Of a stretch of 64,000 nucleotides of DNA, positions 46,321 through 59,039 are shown one piece after another (positions within the stretch are counted from its first letter, which is position 1; each line of letters opens with the position of its first letter). Below the pieces are notes generated by a model. That model had not been told where the DNA came from and did not search any database. It saw only the letters and a program-made list of their open reading frames with translations. Source of the DNA: the human T2T-CHM13v2.0 reference genome, Homo sapiens. The stretch lies in the NCBI RefSeq assembly GCF_009914755.1, contig NC_060934.1. One strand, 5' to 3'. The translations under genes were made by a program, and so were the position numbers.

Positions 46321-47213
46321 CTTTTAAAATTTGTTTTCTTTTTTAAATGTCTTCGTTTTGCTATAGAAAATGGAAAACAAAATGTATATGACTTCTCTCT
46401 TTCGTCAAAGAAGTTATAAAATGAGAATTGTTCATTCTCTAAACGCAGAGATTCAGAATTAATTAAAATATAAATCAAGGCACTTGGAATTAAAATATGT
46501 TGTTATTCAGATTATTTGTTGTAAATCATTTTTTCCTGATAAGAGAAGCTAAGAATACCAAATATTTACCACCTAGATTGTTAAATAATGAACCTACCTG
46601 CTAACTAATCAGAATAGACAAAAAGTTAAAATCATTTCATTATTATATATGTAGCCATTTTTTTAGTTACTTTTCTGCAACTGCTCAAAAACATATTTTT
46701 GCATCATTAAACATCTGCAGAAATGTCAGAAATCTATTCCTTAAACTTAAACATAAGAGAATTACTTCAATAAAAATGTTTTTAGAGGAAATAGTATTAT
46801 TTCATATATGTTACACTTAAGTTGTATATTACCATAAAATTTTTGTCTTCATTTTTTTCTCCAAAATGCTGCTAAGGAAGAAAAGAAAAAAAAATAGTTT
46901 TTCTTCATTGTCTGCTCTGATTTATTATCTCTTTCGGCAAAAATTGAATGGCATACATTATTTAAAGAAATATATGAAAGTGCTTTTGATCTTTTTACAC
47001 ATAAACATTTAAACAAAGCCTTAAATGTAACAGTAAATAGAAAGAATTTAAATACCAATTTCTTATTCCAGAGCACATGGTCTTAACCACCAAAAATTGT
47101 TTGTATGTTTTAGTGTCTCTAAATGTTTTAATAAATGTCAAAGTTTGACCATTCTGGACTGTTTCTGTTATCTTCAGTTAAACTAAAAACTGAAAATGAT
47201 CATCACAACTCTT

Positions 47214-47359
47214 TTTTTATTATTTTATTTTATTATTATTTTTTAATTTTTTGAGACACAGTCTCGCTCTGTCACCCAGGCTGGAGTGCAGTGGTGCGAT
47301 CTCGGCTCACCGCAAGCTCTGCCCCCCTGGTTCATGCCATTCTCCTGCCTCAGCCTCCC
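47214..47359 (-). mobile_element. 5'-truncated AluY (part of right arm only)
   Basis: Perfect 16-bp TSD gatcatcacaactctt (47198-47213 / 47360-47375). Confidence 0.95.
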
Positions 47360-47957
47360 GATCATCACAACTCTTGATCTTCCATCCAATTGGCATAGGA
47401 GTAAAACTTACAGTACCTACTTTTAATAATAAAGCATATGGGTTTATTGCACATTTCCCCTTTAAATTATACTACTATATAATAATAATTATACAAAACA
47501 CAAGAGAGAAAGTTATATACAACAAAAGGCTTTAGAGGACTAATTTTCAAAGTGCTTAGGAAAGAGCCCATGTTAAAATAATTACTTCAAATGCAAATAA
47601 CAAATGATTAGATTTAATGTTCACTAAGGAAAGATCGCACACAAAAATGATATGGGTTGATTAAATTTTTTCCACAAAAAAACACCTATAAAGAAAATGT
47701 GATGATTAATTTATTGGGATAAAACACTAGGTTCATATAATATAGGAAAATTAATATGTTAATTTTTAAAGCATTAGCTCACATGAATAGACAGTGTACA
47801 AACTGTACGGGAGAAACTTTCTGTAAATAAGGGAACAAGGTTTTATATGTGGTTATTCTTTAGTAAAACTGATTAACTACAATGGTTAGAGAACAACTCT
47901 TACTATAATTTTTTTAAAAATGTTTTATTTCTCTAGATTATTCTTATATAATCTTAA

Positions 47958-48489
47958 TATTTATTGAGATATAATTGACATTTCATAAACTATGCATATT
48001 AAAATGTACAATCTGCCAGTTTTCACCGTTAAGTATGTATCTGTAAAACCATAACCAGTCAAGATAATAAATATACTTATCACTTCCAAAATTTTACTCA
48101 TGCCCCATTTTAATCCCTTCCTCTTACCCCTTACCCTCATTCCCAGATTGCCACTGATTTGTTTTCTGTCACTATAGATTAGTTTGCATTCTCTATTCTT
48201 TAATATATATGAGATAATATAATATATATTATATTTTTCTGGCTTCTCTTCCTCAGCATAATTATTTCTAGATTTGTGTACCTTGTTGCTGCTACCAGTA
48301 GCTCATTCCTTTCAACTGATAATGTTTTTGCAATGTAAACAATTTGTTTAATTATTCACTGTTGATGAGTGTTTGAGTTTTTTATAGTTTTGAGTTATTA
48401 CACATGCAGCTGCTATGGGCATTCACATCTTTGTGCTTTTATTTGGGGATGAGGGTAAATTCTGATGTGTGAAATGGCTAGATTATATG

Positions 48490-48522
<33 letters not shown>

Positions 48523-48965
48523 TTAACTTTTAAAGAAATTGCCAAACTGTTATCCAAAGCAGTTGTAACATTTTACATTCTCTGAAAAGTAAATGAGAGC
48601 TACAACTTGTTCAGCGTGTGGTCTAGTCACTTGTTTTGCCTCTTTCTTCTTCACTTTTACTCTCCTCTTCTCCCCTGGAATGGTATAAAGAAATAAATGT
48701 TAAACAGGTCTGACAACATCACTTACCAACTATGACAATATGGACAAATTTCAGTTTCTTCATCCATTCAATGGAATTTATAATGACTACATAGAAAGGT
48801 TATCTTTTCTCCACTAAATTGCCTTTTCACTTCGTTGAAATTGAATTGTCCATACATGTGTTGGTTTGTCTCTGTTCAATTAATTTCTTTGCCTACAGTT
48901 ATTCAGTACCACACATCTTGATTACTGTATCTTTAGAAGTCTTGAAATCAGGTATTAATTGTCAC
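47958..48965 (-). mobile_element. L1MB/MC 3' end fragments with (TA)n at 48492-48520
   Basis: 'tttattgagatataattgaca...ccactgatttgttttctgtcactatagattagtttgcatt'. Confidence 0.75.
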
Positions 48966-49261
48966 ACCTTAAGAAAGGGATTTTCTGACAGCCTGTGTGA
49001 AGTTGAATTTCTGTGACTCTATCCTCATTTATTTTCTTATATAGAATTTTCCTCTGTCTTTGTTGCTGCCTTTGTCTTCCTCTATCAAATACAAATTCTT
49101 ATAACATATTATCAAACATATGTATTTGTGTAATATGTACTATACAGCAAATTTATAAGCAAATGAACATAAAATAATTTTGTTTATTCATTTATTTGCA
49201 TTTAATCTGCTTTCCTTCCTAGAATGTAATATCCTGAAATAGGGATATTTCAAAATCATAA

Positions 49262-49920
49262 ATCTATACATGCAAGGTGTTCATTGGTTCAGCCTAAAGA
49301 GGCAGGATACCTTGAAGCAGTGGTGAAGGGGGTGGTGCAGGGAGGTTAGTGCTTACAGGTCATAGGTGGATTCAAAGATTTTCTGAGTGGCAATTGGTTG
49401 AAAGAGATAAGCTTTGTCTAAAGACTTGAAGTCAGTAGAAAGAAATGCCTGAGCTAAGATAAGGGAGATTGTGGAGGCCAAGGTTTTTGTTATGTAAATA
49501 AAGTTTCCAGGAAGTAGCCTTCATAGAGAATAGACGGTAAATGTCTCTTTTTAGATCTTAAAAGTGTCAGACTCTCATTTAGTCTCTCCTAGATCTGGGA
49601 AAGACCTAGAAATGTAAGGTCTTGCTGAATTAATGGAAATTCTCTACAGATGCAAATGGAAATTCTCTACAGATGCAAATTTCTCCCACAAGAGAAAACT
49701 TTGCAGAGCCATTTCAGAATATGTTAAAGTATATATTTTGGGGTAAAATATTTGTATTTCCCTCAGGGTCTGCTATCTGTCATGCAATGCTATAACAGAG
49801 TGAGGTTAAAATCTGGTATCTTATTTCCACGAAGACTCAATTTTGTCAGTCTTATAATCTCTATTTCAATGTTAATTCCTGTCAGTTGTGTCTGAACTTA
49901 AAAAAGGAGAATGTATAACA
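49262..49920 (-). mobile_element. MER4-family ERV1 LTR (partial) with 23-bp tandem duplication at 49632-49677
   Basis: 'ggtcataggtggattcaaagattttctgagtggcaattggttgaaagag'; (aatggaaattctctacagatgca)x2. Confidence 0.85.
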
Positions 49921-49929
49921 ACCTGGAAT

Positions 49930-50439
49930 TAGACTTTTTGCAGCTGCAGGGGTTTCAGTCAAATCTAATAGAAGATGAACCAAAATTGGTCAAATATAAT
50001 GGAAGATGAACTGGAACAAACAAACAAAAAAAAAGAAAAGAAAAAAAGTGATAGCACAATTTACATATAGTTGAGATCTTGGAGTGTGAGGAAAAGTTGT
50101 AGAAAACTAACAATAAACCTTTATCTTAAGCTACCAAATCACAAAACAAAACCCCAAACAAGCTCCTTACCCAGAGAATAGAGCCTATGTTGACGATTTG
50201 CTCTCCCCTTCGCAGAAGCAGGAAACTCCCTGAAAATGAGTTCTGTGGCAGAATAAACCTAAGATCTCAGCCAAAATACAGAGATTAAGGATCTCTGGAA
50301 GGGGATGCTACTAGTCCTCAGCAAGTCATCCAATCAGTCAGAGTAATTAAGAGCTTCTGCTGGTACCAGCCCCAATAGGAGGGTTGCTGCAGGCCAAGAG
50401 CCAAACCCCATTTAAAGAATCCCTCTGTGACTACAAAAA
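49930..50439 (-). mobile_element. ERV1 internal 5' leader attached to the MER65 LTR
   Basis: Directly abuts the LTR end on the minus strand; MER4-group leader-like sequence. Confidence 0.55.
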
Positions 50440-51252
50440 TGTAAACCAAAAGTTGACTAAGGTATATCTGAATTTAAAGGTATAATTTGACGAAGTTGAG
50501 GAGACACCTGGGAAAAAGAAGCACAAGTCCCAGTAGGATCTGCACCCTATGCTTTTTTCAGATAGGATTTTGAGAACTTTAATATTTAAAAGGGAAAGAG
50601 TGAGCAGGATGGGAAGGAGAGAAGAAAAAAATAAAGGGAGACTGGGTAGGCAATGAGGTAAGTGGTTACATTCTTGTGAGACTCTGATTAGCACTCAGTG
50701 AATCTACATTTTACATGTAGAAAGAAAGGAGTGAAGAGAATGGTCAATTATGCATTCATCTTTTTTTTTTTTATTATACTCTAAGTTTTAGGGTACATGT
50801 GCACATTGTGCAGGTTAGTTACATATGTATACATGTGCCATGCTGGTGCGCTGCACCCACTAATGTGTCATCTAGCATTAGGTATATCTCCCAATGCTAT
50901 CCCTCCCCCGTCCCCCGACCCCACCACAGTCCCCAGAGTGTGATATTCCCCTTCCTGTGTCCATGTGATCTCATTGTTCAATTCCCACCTATGAGTGAGA
51001 ATATGCGGTGTTTGGTTTTTTGTTCTTGCGATAGTTTACTGAGAATGATGGTTTCCAATTTCATCCATGTCCCTACAACTTATGCCCATTAAATCTACAT
51101 GTTACATAAGATGAAGTAAGCATGTGAAATTACAGTTATCTGTTTGAAAACGAAAGGAAGGTAATTTTTTTGTGTGTGACTCAGTTCCAAAACCTAACTT
51201 TCCCTTTGGCTTAGTGAATTTGGGGTCCTGGAGTTTTATTTTTCTTTCATAC
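50440..51252 (-). mobile_element. MER65-family LTR, interrupted by L1HS
   Basis: 'tgtaaaccaaaag' ... 'ttggcttagtgaatttggggtcctggagttttattttctttcata'. Confidence 0.8.
50763..51078 (-). mobile_element. L1HS-Ta, heavily 5'-truncated (~315 bp)
   Basis: rc reads gatgACACAttagtggg (Ta 'ACA' diagnostic) and aaaacttaGagtataat (G diagnostic). Confidence 0.92.
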
Positions 51253-51564
51253 ACTAAATAAACATTTTTTGTTGTCCACTAAAAAGATTTTATGAATGAT
51301 GAAATCCAATGACACAACATCATAAAGGAAAGTAAATTTAGAGCATTTTCTTAATGACAAACTGTCTGAAGCATATTTATGACTCTATTGGGAAAACATA
51401 TTTTCTTCATCAGGTAATGTATTCTAAATACAAGGTTTTTCACAAGGTTACTGTGCAGTTTAAATGAGATAATACAGGCATAAAGAAGTGCTCTCAGAAT
51501 TATATGCACTTACCAGAAACTATACTAAGCCTTAAAGCTCAATCGTTGTAATGACATTATGAAA

Positions 51565-51710
51565 GAAACACTATTATCATTTCTATGTATCTCAGATAAG
51601 GCAACTGAAATTTATAGAAGTTTAGAAATTTGCCCAGGGCTCTACAGCTAATGATAGGATTCAAAAACAGCCTTCTTTTAGTCTGAAATCCACAGGTTTA
51701 ACTACAGCTC
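51565..51710 (-). mobile_element. MIR
   Basis: 'cagataaggcaactgaaa...tttgcccagggctctacagctaa'. Confidence 0.65.
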
Positions 51711-53409
51711 TAGGTTACTGCCCAAATGTGTTGGTTTCCTTTCTACCTTGTCTGCTTTAAACAAAACTGCCTACATATTTAGCATTCAGTAAACTTATAA
51801 GTTTTGCTTTAAAATAAGCTAATATAAGCCATACCTCTTCTGGTTATTTTTTATAATTAATTTCTAAAGAATGTTTTTGCTATTTTCATATGGTTTTATG
51901 TCTTAGTGCCTATACAGGAAGCAGGGATTTCCTCACGTATTTAAAAAAAATACTGATAACTTTAGGTTCATTGTTCAAATATGTAAATTAAGTTTTCTAG
52001 AATTATTACATTTTATAATGCCTAAGTGTTATATGCCACCTTCCTCAGTTGCTTTTCATAATGGTCTCTGAAAAGTTTTGACATGTAATTTTCTTCAGTA
52101 CCAAAGACTGCTCTATGCATTCTTAGGATAGTCTGAAATACTTCAAAGAATTCTCTCCTCAAAAAGGTGATAGTTCAAGACCAATCTTTCCACATAGACC
52201 AAAAGAGAATGTCAAAAATTATTTGGGAAGAAAACCGGAGGAATGTAATTTGTAAATGCAGCTTTCAAAGAAATATACGGCAATTACATATCCTAAATTC
52301 CACAAAATTGAAAAATATAATGCCCTCTCCTGATGCTACTTTTCTATTATTGGGATTGCTAGGTTTCGGATACCTTAATCGATTTTTTCATATAATAAAA
52401 TTATAAGACAATTCTCTCATTTTTTCTTAGTAATTTGGACTACTTATTTCTGTTTTGATCAGACAATGTTAAAAAGATCATGTTGACCACTAACTACATG
52501 TTTGGTGGGTATCTTTTAAATGTTTGGACTATATTACCCTATTTAATTTAAGGCTCTGGCAATGCAAGCACTCGTTTTAGAAAACAATCTACTTGTAAAT
52601 GAAGGCAAAAAATGTTTTTTTTCCTAGTCAATTAGATGTCAGCCAAGGAAAATAGTGAGTAAAATATTATAAATGCTTATCTTTGTGGGGCAATTACTTT
52701 GAAAATATGACATATGCCATTTGTTAATATTGCCAAAAAATTATATTCTAAACAGAAAATAGCCTCATTCATTATCAAACATCATCAGGAAAATCAATAG
52801 GCATATAATCACATGGCACCATTCACTTGGGACATATGATTTCAAGAGAAAGAACTTAAAACTCTATGCTAAACACTTAGACATATACTGACAAGTCTGG
52901 TGAGACAGTTAAGATTGAAAAATAACATGTCCCAGAGACAAAACTTCTATAATATGAAACTGTTTTGTGGCCCAGACTAGGGGGCCTGAGCTTGCAGGAT
53001 GGAAGCAAAGAGTAGTTCCTGGTAAAATGTGAAACTGCATTGGCATCTCACACCAACAAACTCAGGTTTCTTGGGTAATTTTCTGTGCAAAGAGTGAGGA
53101 ATGTCCTAAAATTGAAAGATTAAAAGCCCCATGTTAGGTGCTCATTTCTCTGTTGGATGAAACTAAACCCATTCCCCATAAAGGCTAGATGTTACAAGTA
53201 ATAGAACTGTGTAAGCATTTGGCTTGAGTCTGGCTGTCTACCAGTATCATGAAGGACCTGGTCCCTTTCCATCCTTGTGCTCTGTTATGGTTGTTCCCTA
53301 AGTGCCTTCATACTTTTCTCCCCAGGGTCCCAAATTGTTTACAGAGATTTACAGTATCAGAACTGCAATCAGAGGAAGAAAACCAGAAGCCTGGCTGTAG
53401 AAGTGGAAT

Positions 53410-53649
53410 TTAAAGGGTGGGAAAACTTTTCTGCTTATCAGAGAGAGAGGGTATTCTTTTCCAAAAGCCTTTCAGCCAACTTCCTTTCAAGTGTCCTTAA
53501 ATAGAATTGTATCACATGGCTAGTCCTACCTGCCTAAGCAACTGGGAAGATAAATACGTGTTTTCCCACCCCTTACCCTGGAAACAAGTAAAGAAATCAC
53601 AGGTTTGGGAATTGTTTTGTCTAATTGGCCAGAAACACTATCTACCACA
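53410..53649 (-). mobile_element. Old MLT1 LTR fragment
   Basis: 'agaattgtatcacatggctagtcctacctgc...actgggaag' ending 'tctaccaca'. Confidence 0.5.
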
Positions 53650-53762
53650 GTTCTGTCACATGATGTCTCCTTAGCGCTGTAAGAGAAGAGTAAATGATTT
53701 GGCTGAGAAAGGTTGCTAGAGGCAAGAGGCAGACATAAAAGAGGAAAATCAAGAGAGGTTAC

Positions 53763-54460
<698 letters not shown>

Positions 54461-54484
54461 GGAAGAGAGAGAGGTTATAATGAA

Positions 54485-54613
54485 ACTCTATTGTGTATAT
54501 ATGTCACAGTTTCTTTATCCATTTGTCCTTTGGTAGACTCATGTTTATTCCATATCTTGACTATTGTGAATAGTGCTGCAATAAACATGGAGTTAGATTT
54601 CTCTTAGACATAC
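54485..54613 (-). mobile_element. L1MA fragment
   Basis: 'ttccatatcttgactattgtgaatagtgctgcaataaacatgg'. Confidence 0.75.
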
Positions 54614-54614
54614 T

Positions 54615-54675
54615 TTTAAAAATTGACATAAAATTGTATGCATTTGTCACATACAATTTTATGTCAATTTTTAAA
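54615..54675. repeat. Perfect inverted repeat, 26-bp arms, 9-nt loop
   Basis: tttaaaaattgacataaaattgtatg / catacaattttatgtcaatttttaaa. Confidence 0.95.
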
Positions 54676-55464
54676 GGTAAAAATGAAAAGCAAATACATT
54701 TTTAAAAAGAGAAACTAAAGGCAGTGATAAAAGGAAATTAGAACAGGTCAAAGCCAGATCAATGCTGTCATAACATCTGAACAGAGAATCTGCCCTGAAG
54801 ACCAGAATATCAGATAAAAGCAATTTGTTTTATTACATGTGAGTTCTTTCCATCACCGATATTCCCCCTATCCACCCCCCAAAAAATTTAAATGACTCTG
54901 GGCTAATCTTTTGGTATATGGCAAAACAGTCTGTGCACAGAATTCTAAGCTGGTCCCAAAATAACCCATGGCATACACCTTATATATAATCCCCTCCCAT
55001 AATTAAGTGCGGGTGAGACCTGTGAAAATGATGTGTTTCTCTCTTGTGATTAAGTTACATTGCAAAGGTGAAGAAATTTTGGAGATTCAATAAAGGTCCA
55101 TATTAGTTGGCTTTTAGTTATTCAACCACAGATTATTTTGCATTGGTTTGACCTAATCTGGGGAGTCCCTTAAAAGAGACTGAAAGATTACTTTCCTGCA
55201 GGGTTCAAGGATGAAAGCAAACAGCCATGTTGTGAACTGCCTGTGCAGAGGGGCAGCCTCTGGAGACTGAGGGTCTCAGTCCTACAGCTGCAAGAAGCTG
55301 AATTCTACTAATAGGACCCCCTATGAGTGTGGGAGAGGATGCTGAGCCTTACATGACCCTACAATTCTCACCAACAGCTTAATTATAACTGTTTAAGATT
55401 TTGAGGAAATGATCCACCAAAGCTGTGCCTCAGCTCCTAATCCATAAGCAATTATTGAGAGACA

Positions 55465-57764
55465 GGAGTAGAGCCAGATGGCAGAATAGAAGGCTTTACT
55501 GCTTGTCACCCCCCAAAGATATCAATTTAACAACTATCTACACATAGAAAAAGCACCTTCAAATGAATCAGAAATCAGATCAGCACTCACATTACCTGGT
55601 TTTAACTTCATATGGCTGAAAGAGGCACTGAAGAGGTAGGAAAAATAGTCTTGAATCTCAATGTCACTCCTCCCCTGTTCCTTCCCAGCAGCAGTGGCAA
55701 GGTATGGAGAGCATTTCTGTGTACTAGAGGAGAGAGAGCACAATTGTGAGGCACTAAACTCAGTGTTGTCCTGTTATCACAGAAAAGAAAACTGAACCAA
55801 ACTCAATTGATGCCCACCCATGGAGAGAGGATTTAAACCAGCACTGACCAGAGGAAGACCACTGATCCCAGTGGTCTGAACTTGAATTCCCACAAACCTC
55901 ACCACCATGGGCTAAACTGTTCTGAGTTCCTGACATGGTTTGGCTGTGTCCCTACCCAAATCTCATCTTGAATTGTGGCTCCCATAATCCCCATGTGTCA
56001 TCAAAGGAACCCAGTGGGAGGTAATTGAACCATGGGGATGGATTTTCCCATGCTGTTCTTGTGATAGTGAATAAATCTCATGAGATCCAATGGTTTTGTA
56101 AAGGTCAGTTGCCCTGCAAATGCTCTCTTGCCTACCACTATGTAAGACATGCCTTGGCTCCTCCTTCACCTTTGTGATTATTTTATTATTATTGAAAGGG
56201 GGAATTACATTACCTGACTTCAAATTATACTACAGAGGTGAGGTGTAGTAATCAAAACAACATGGTGCTGGCATAAAAACAGACACATAGACCAATGGAA
56301 CGGGATAGAGAACCCAGAAACAAATCCACACACCTAGAGTGAACTCATTTTCAACAAAGCTGTCAAGTACATACACTGGGGAAAAGACAGTCTTCTTAAT
56401 AAATGCTGCTGGGAAAATTGAATATCCATGTGCAAAAGAATGAAACTAAACCCCTATCTCTCTCCATATACAAAAATCAATTAAAATTGCAACTATAAAA
56501 TCAAAAATCAAACTATAAAACAACTACAAAAATATTGGGGAAACTGTTCAGGATATTGGTCTAGGCAAAAATATCTTGAGTAGTAACAAGCACAAGCAAG
56601 CAAAGCAAAAATGGATAAATAGGACCATATCAAGTTATAAATTTTCTATACAGCAAATGATACAATCAGGAAAGTGAAGCAACAACCCACAGAATGGAAG
56701 AGAATATATGCAAACTATCCATATAATGAGGGATGAATAACTAGAAAACATAACGAGTTCAAACAACTGTATGGGAAAAAATCTAATAATCTGATTAACA
56801 AATGGGCAAAAAATCAGAATCAACATTTCTCAAAAGAATACATACAAATAGCAAATTGACATAGGAAAAGGTGCTCAACATCGTTGATCATCAGAAAAAT
56901 GCAAATCAAAACCAGAATGATCATCTCGTCCCAGTTAAAATGGCTTATATCCAAAAAATAGACAATAACAAATATTGACAAAGATGTGGAGAAAAGGGAT
57001 ACTTTGTACACTGTTGGTTGAATGTAAGTTAGCACAGCCACTATGAAGAAGAGTTTGGAGATCCCTCAAAAAATTAAAAATAGAGCTACCGTATGATCCA
57101 GCAATCCCAGTGCTGAGTATATATCCAAAAGAAGGGAACACCGTACATCAAACAGATATCTGCACTATCTTTGTTGCTGCAGCACTGTTCACAATAGCCA
57201 AGATTTGGAAACAACCTAAGTGTCCATCAGCAGATGAATGGATAAAGAAAATATGGTACATATTCACAGTGGAATATTTTTCAGCCATAAAACAGAATGA
57301 GATCCTGTCATTCGCAACAACATGAATGGAACTGGAGATCATCATGTTAAGTGAAACAGGCCAGGCACAAAAAGACAAACACTACATGTTCTCACTTATT
57401 TGCGGTAACAAAAAATTAAAATAATTGAACTCATGGAGATAGAGAATAGAAGGATGGTTACCAGAGGCTGGGAAAGGGAGTGGGGTCTGGAGGGAAGAGT
57501 GGGAATGGTTAATAGGTACAAAAGAAAATAGAAAGAGAGTGATTATAGTCAATAATAATTTAACTCTGCATTTAAAAATAACTAAAAGAGTATAATTGGA
57601 TTGTTTGTAATACAAAGGGTAAACTCTTGAGAGGTTGGACACCCCATTCTCCATGATGGAATTGCATGCATTATATGATTGCATCCATTATCCTTTGCAT
57701 ACCTATATGAAAACATTTCATGTGCACATACTGTATACCCACAAGAATTAAAATAAAAAAGAAA
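55465..57764 (+). mobile_element. L1MA2-like element retaining both 5' and 3' ends, with a large internal deletion
   Basis: Perfect 16-bp TSD caattattgagagaca (55449-55464 / 57765-57780); 5'UTR start 'gagccagatggcagaatagaagg'; ORF2 C-terminus and 3'UTR at 56195-57764. Confidence 0.88.
55931..56180 (+). mobile_element. THE1 (C/D-like) LTR, 3'-truncated
   Basis: 'tgacatggtttggctgtgtccctacccaaatctcatcttgaattgt'. Confidence 0.9.
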
Positions 57765-59039
57765 CAATTATTGAGAGACAATAACTGAGTGTTGTTTTAA
57801 AGTGCTAAATTTATGGTAATTTATAACACAAGAATAGAAAACTAATACCAGATTCTAAAATAATTTTACTTGTTTTTACCCAAACTAATGTGCCTAAGTT
57901 TATTTAGGGTTATAAACTATCTTTCTCTTTTTATCTCTCTTTATAAAATATTTTCAGAGAAATATTTATTTAGTATTGTAATTAATCAATGTTCTTCCCT
58001 TCTTGTATGTACCCAGCCAATGGTGGGCAGTGCTCTTTTGTTTAATAAACAAAATAATCAGAGCTCTCACCTACCACTTCTATTTTAAATTAGTAGTTAT
58101 AAAATAGATGCTGACACTCATTTCCTTTTGCATTGGGATCAACTGTTTAAATAATATTTTACTATTATTAAGGGGACAGCAGTGACTTCTTGAAAGTCAA
58201 ATATAATATAATATGTAAATATATATGTAAGTATATAGTTATATAATTACTTCATAGTTATATTTCTTTAAAAGTTGGAGGGAGAAAAATTACCTTATAT
58301 CTTTTTATTATTTTCTTACATATTGTCCTTTTTAATATAAAATAGAAAATTATAGGAAGAAGGTAAAACTCATTTATCTTGTTCAGAGGTATTAATCAGT
58401 TTGCTGTTTACTCAGATGATTGATCAGATGAATTGCAAATCAGACAAAATACCATTCTCTTCTCACACATTTGAATAGAATCCAATTTATTTAGCACAAC
58501 CTCATCAAATGAGTACCAGGGAAATTTACTGTTAAATAACTATTAACTTATTGGAAAGACCTTGGATTTTGGAGCCAATCTTCTGACTAAATTCCTTAGC
58601 TAGTCTTGGCTCTGACATGCTTCCAACTTGGAAATGACTAGAGATTGTTACCTTTATAAAGAACGTAAAGGATGAGTAGCTCCACTTGCTCCAGGGCACT
58701 CAAAGATTTCTTAGAACAGAAACGGAAGACTTTTTATTCTGATTTCTTTGAGATTTTTTTCAGATTTATAAAATTGTGATAAAAACTGGGTGGGTTACTA
58801 TGATTCAGCTGATGTGTGGTCTTTGAGTGGAACTCTAGATAACCCTGATGAAAATGGAAAAACCAAAATGTGGATTACCTTTAAACAGAACCCAACAGTA
58901 ATCAGCATTACTTAAGGAAAAGGTTAACACACACACAAAAACATGCTCATAACATACCTGCAGACTTTTGACTTTCTAAGTCTCTTTTGAATTTTCTGAT
59001 GTATTCCCACACTTGCAGCATTTCAGCTTTATGTTGTTT

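Larger units (their letters stand above)
54932..57850 (+). mobile_element. MLT1E-like LTR (54932-55464 and 57781-57850), split by L1MA2
   Basis: 'cagaattctaag...gtgattaagttacattgcaaaggtgaag'; 3' end 'aatagaaaactaatac'. Confidence 0.8.
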
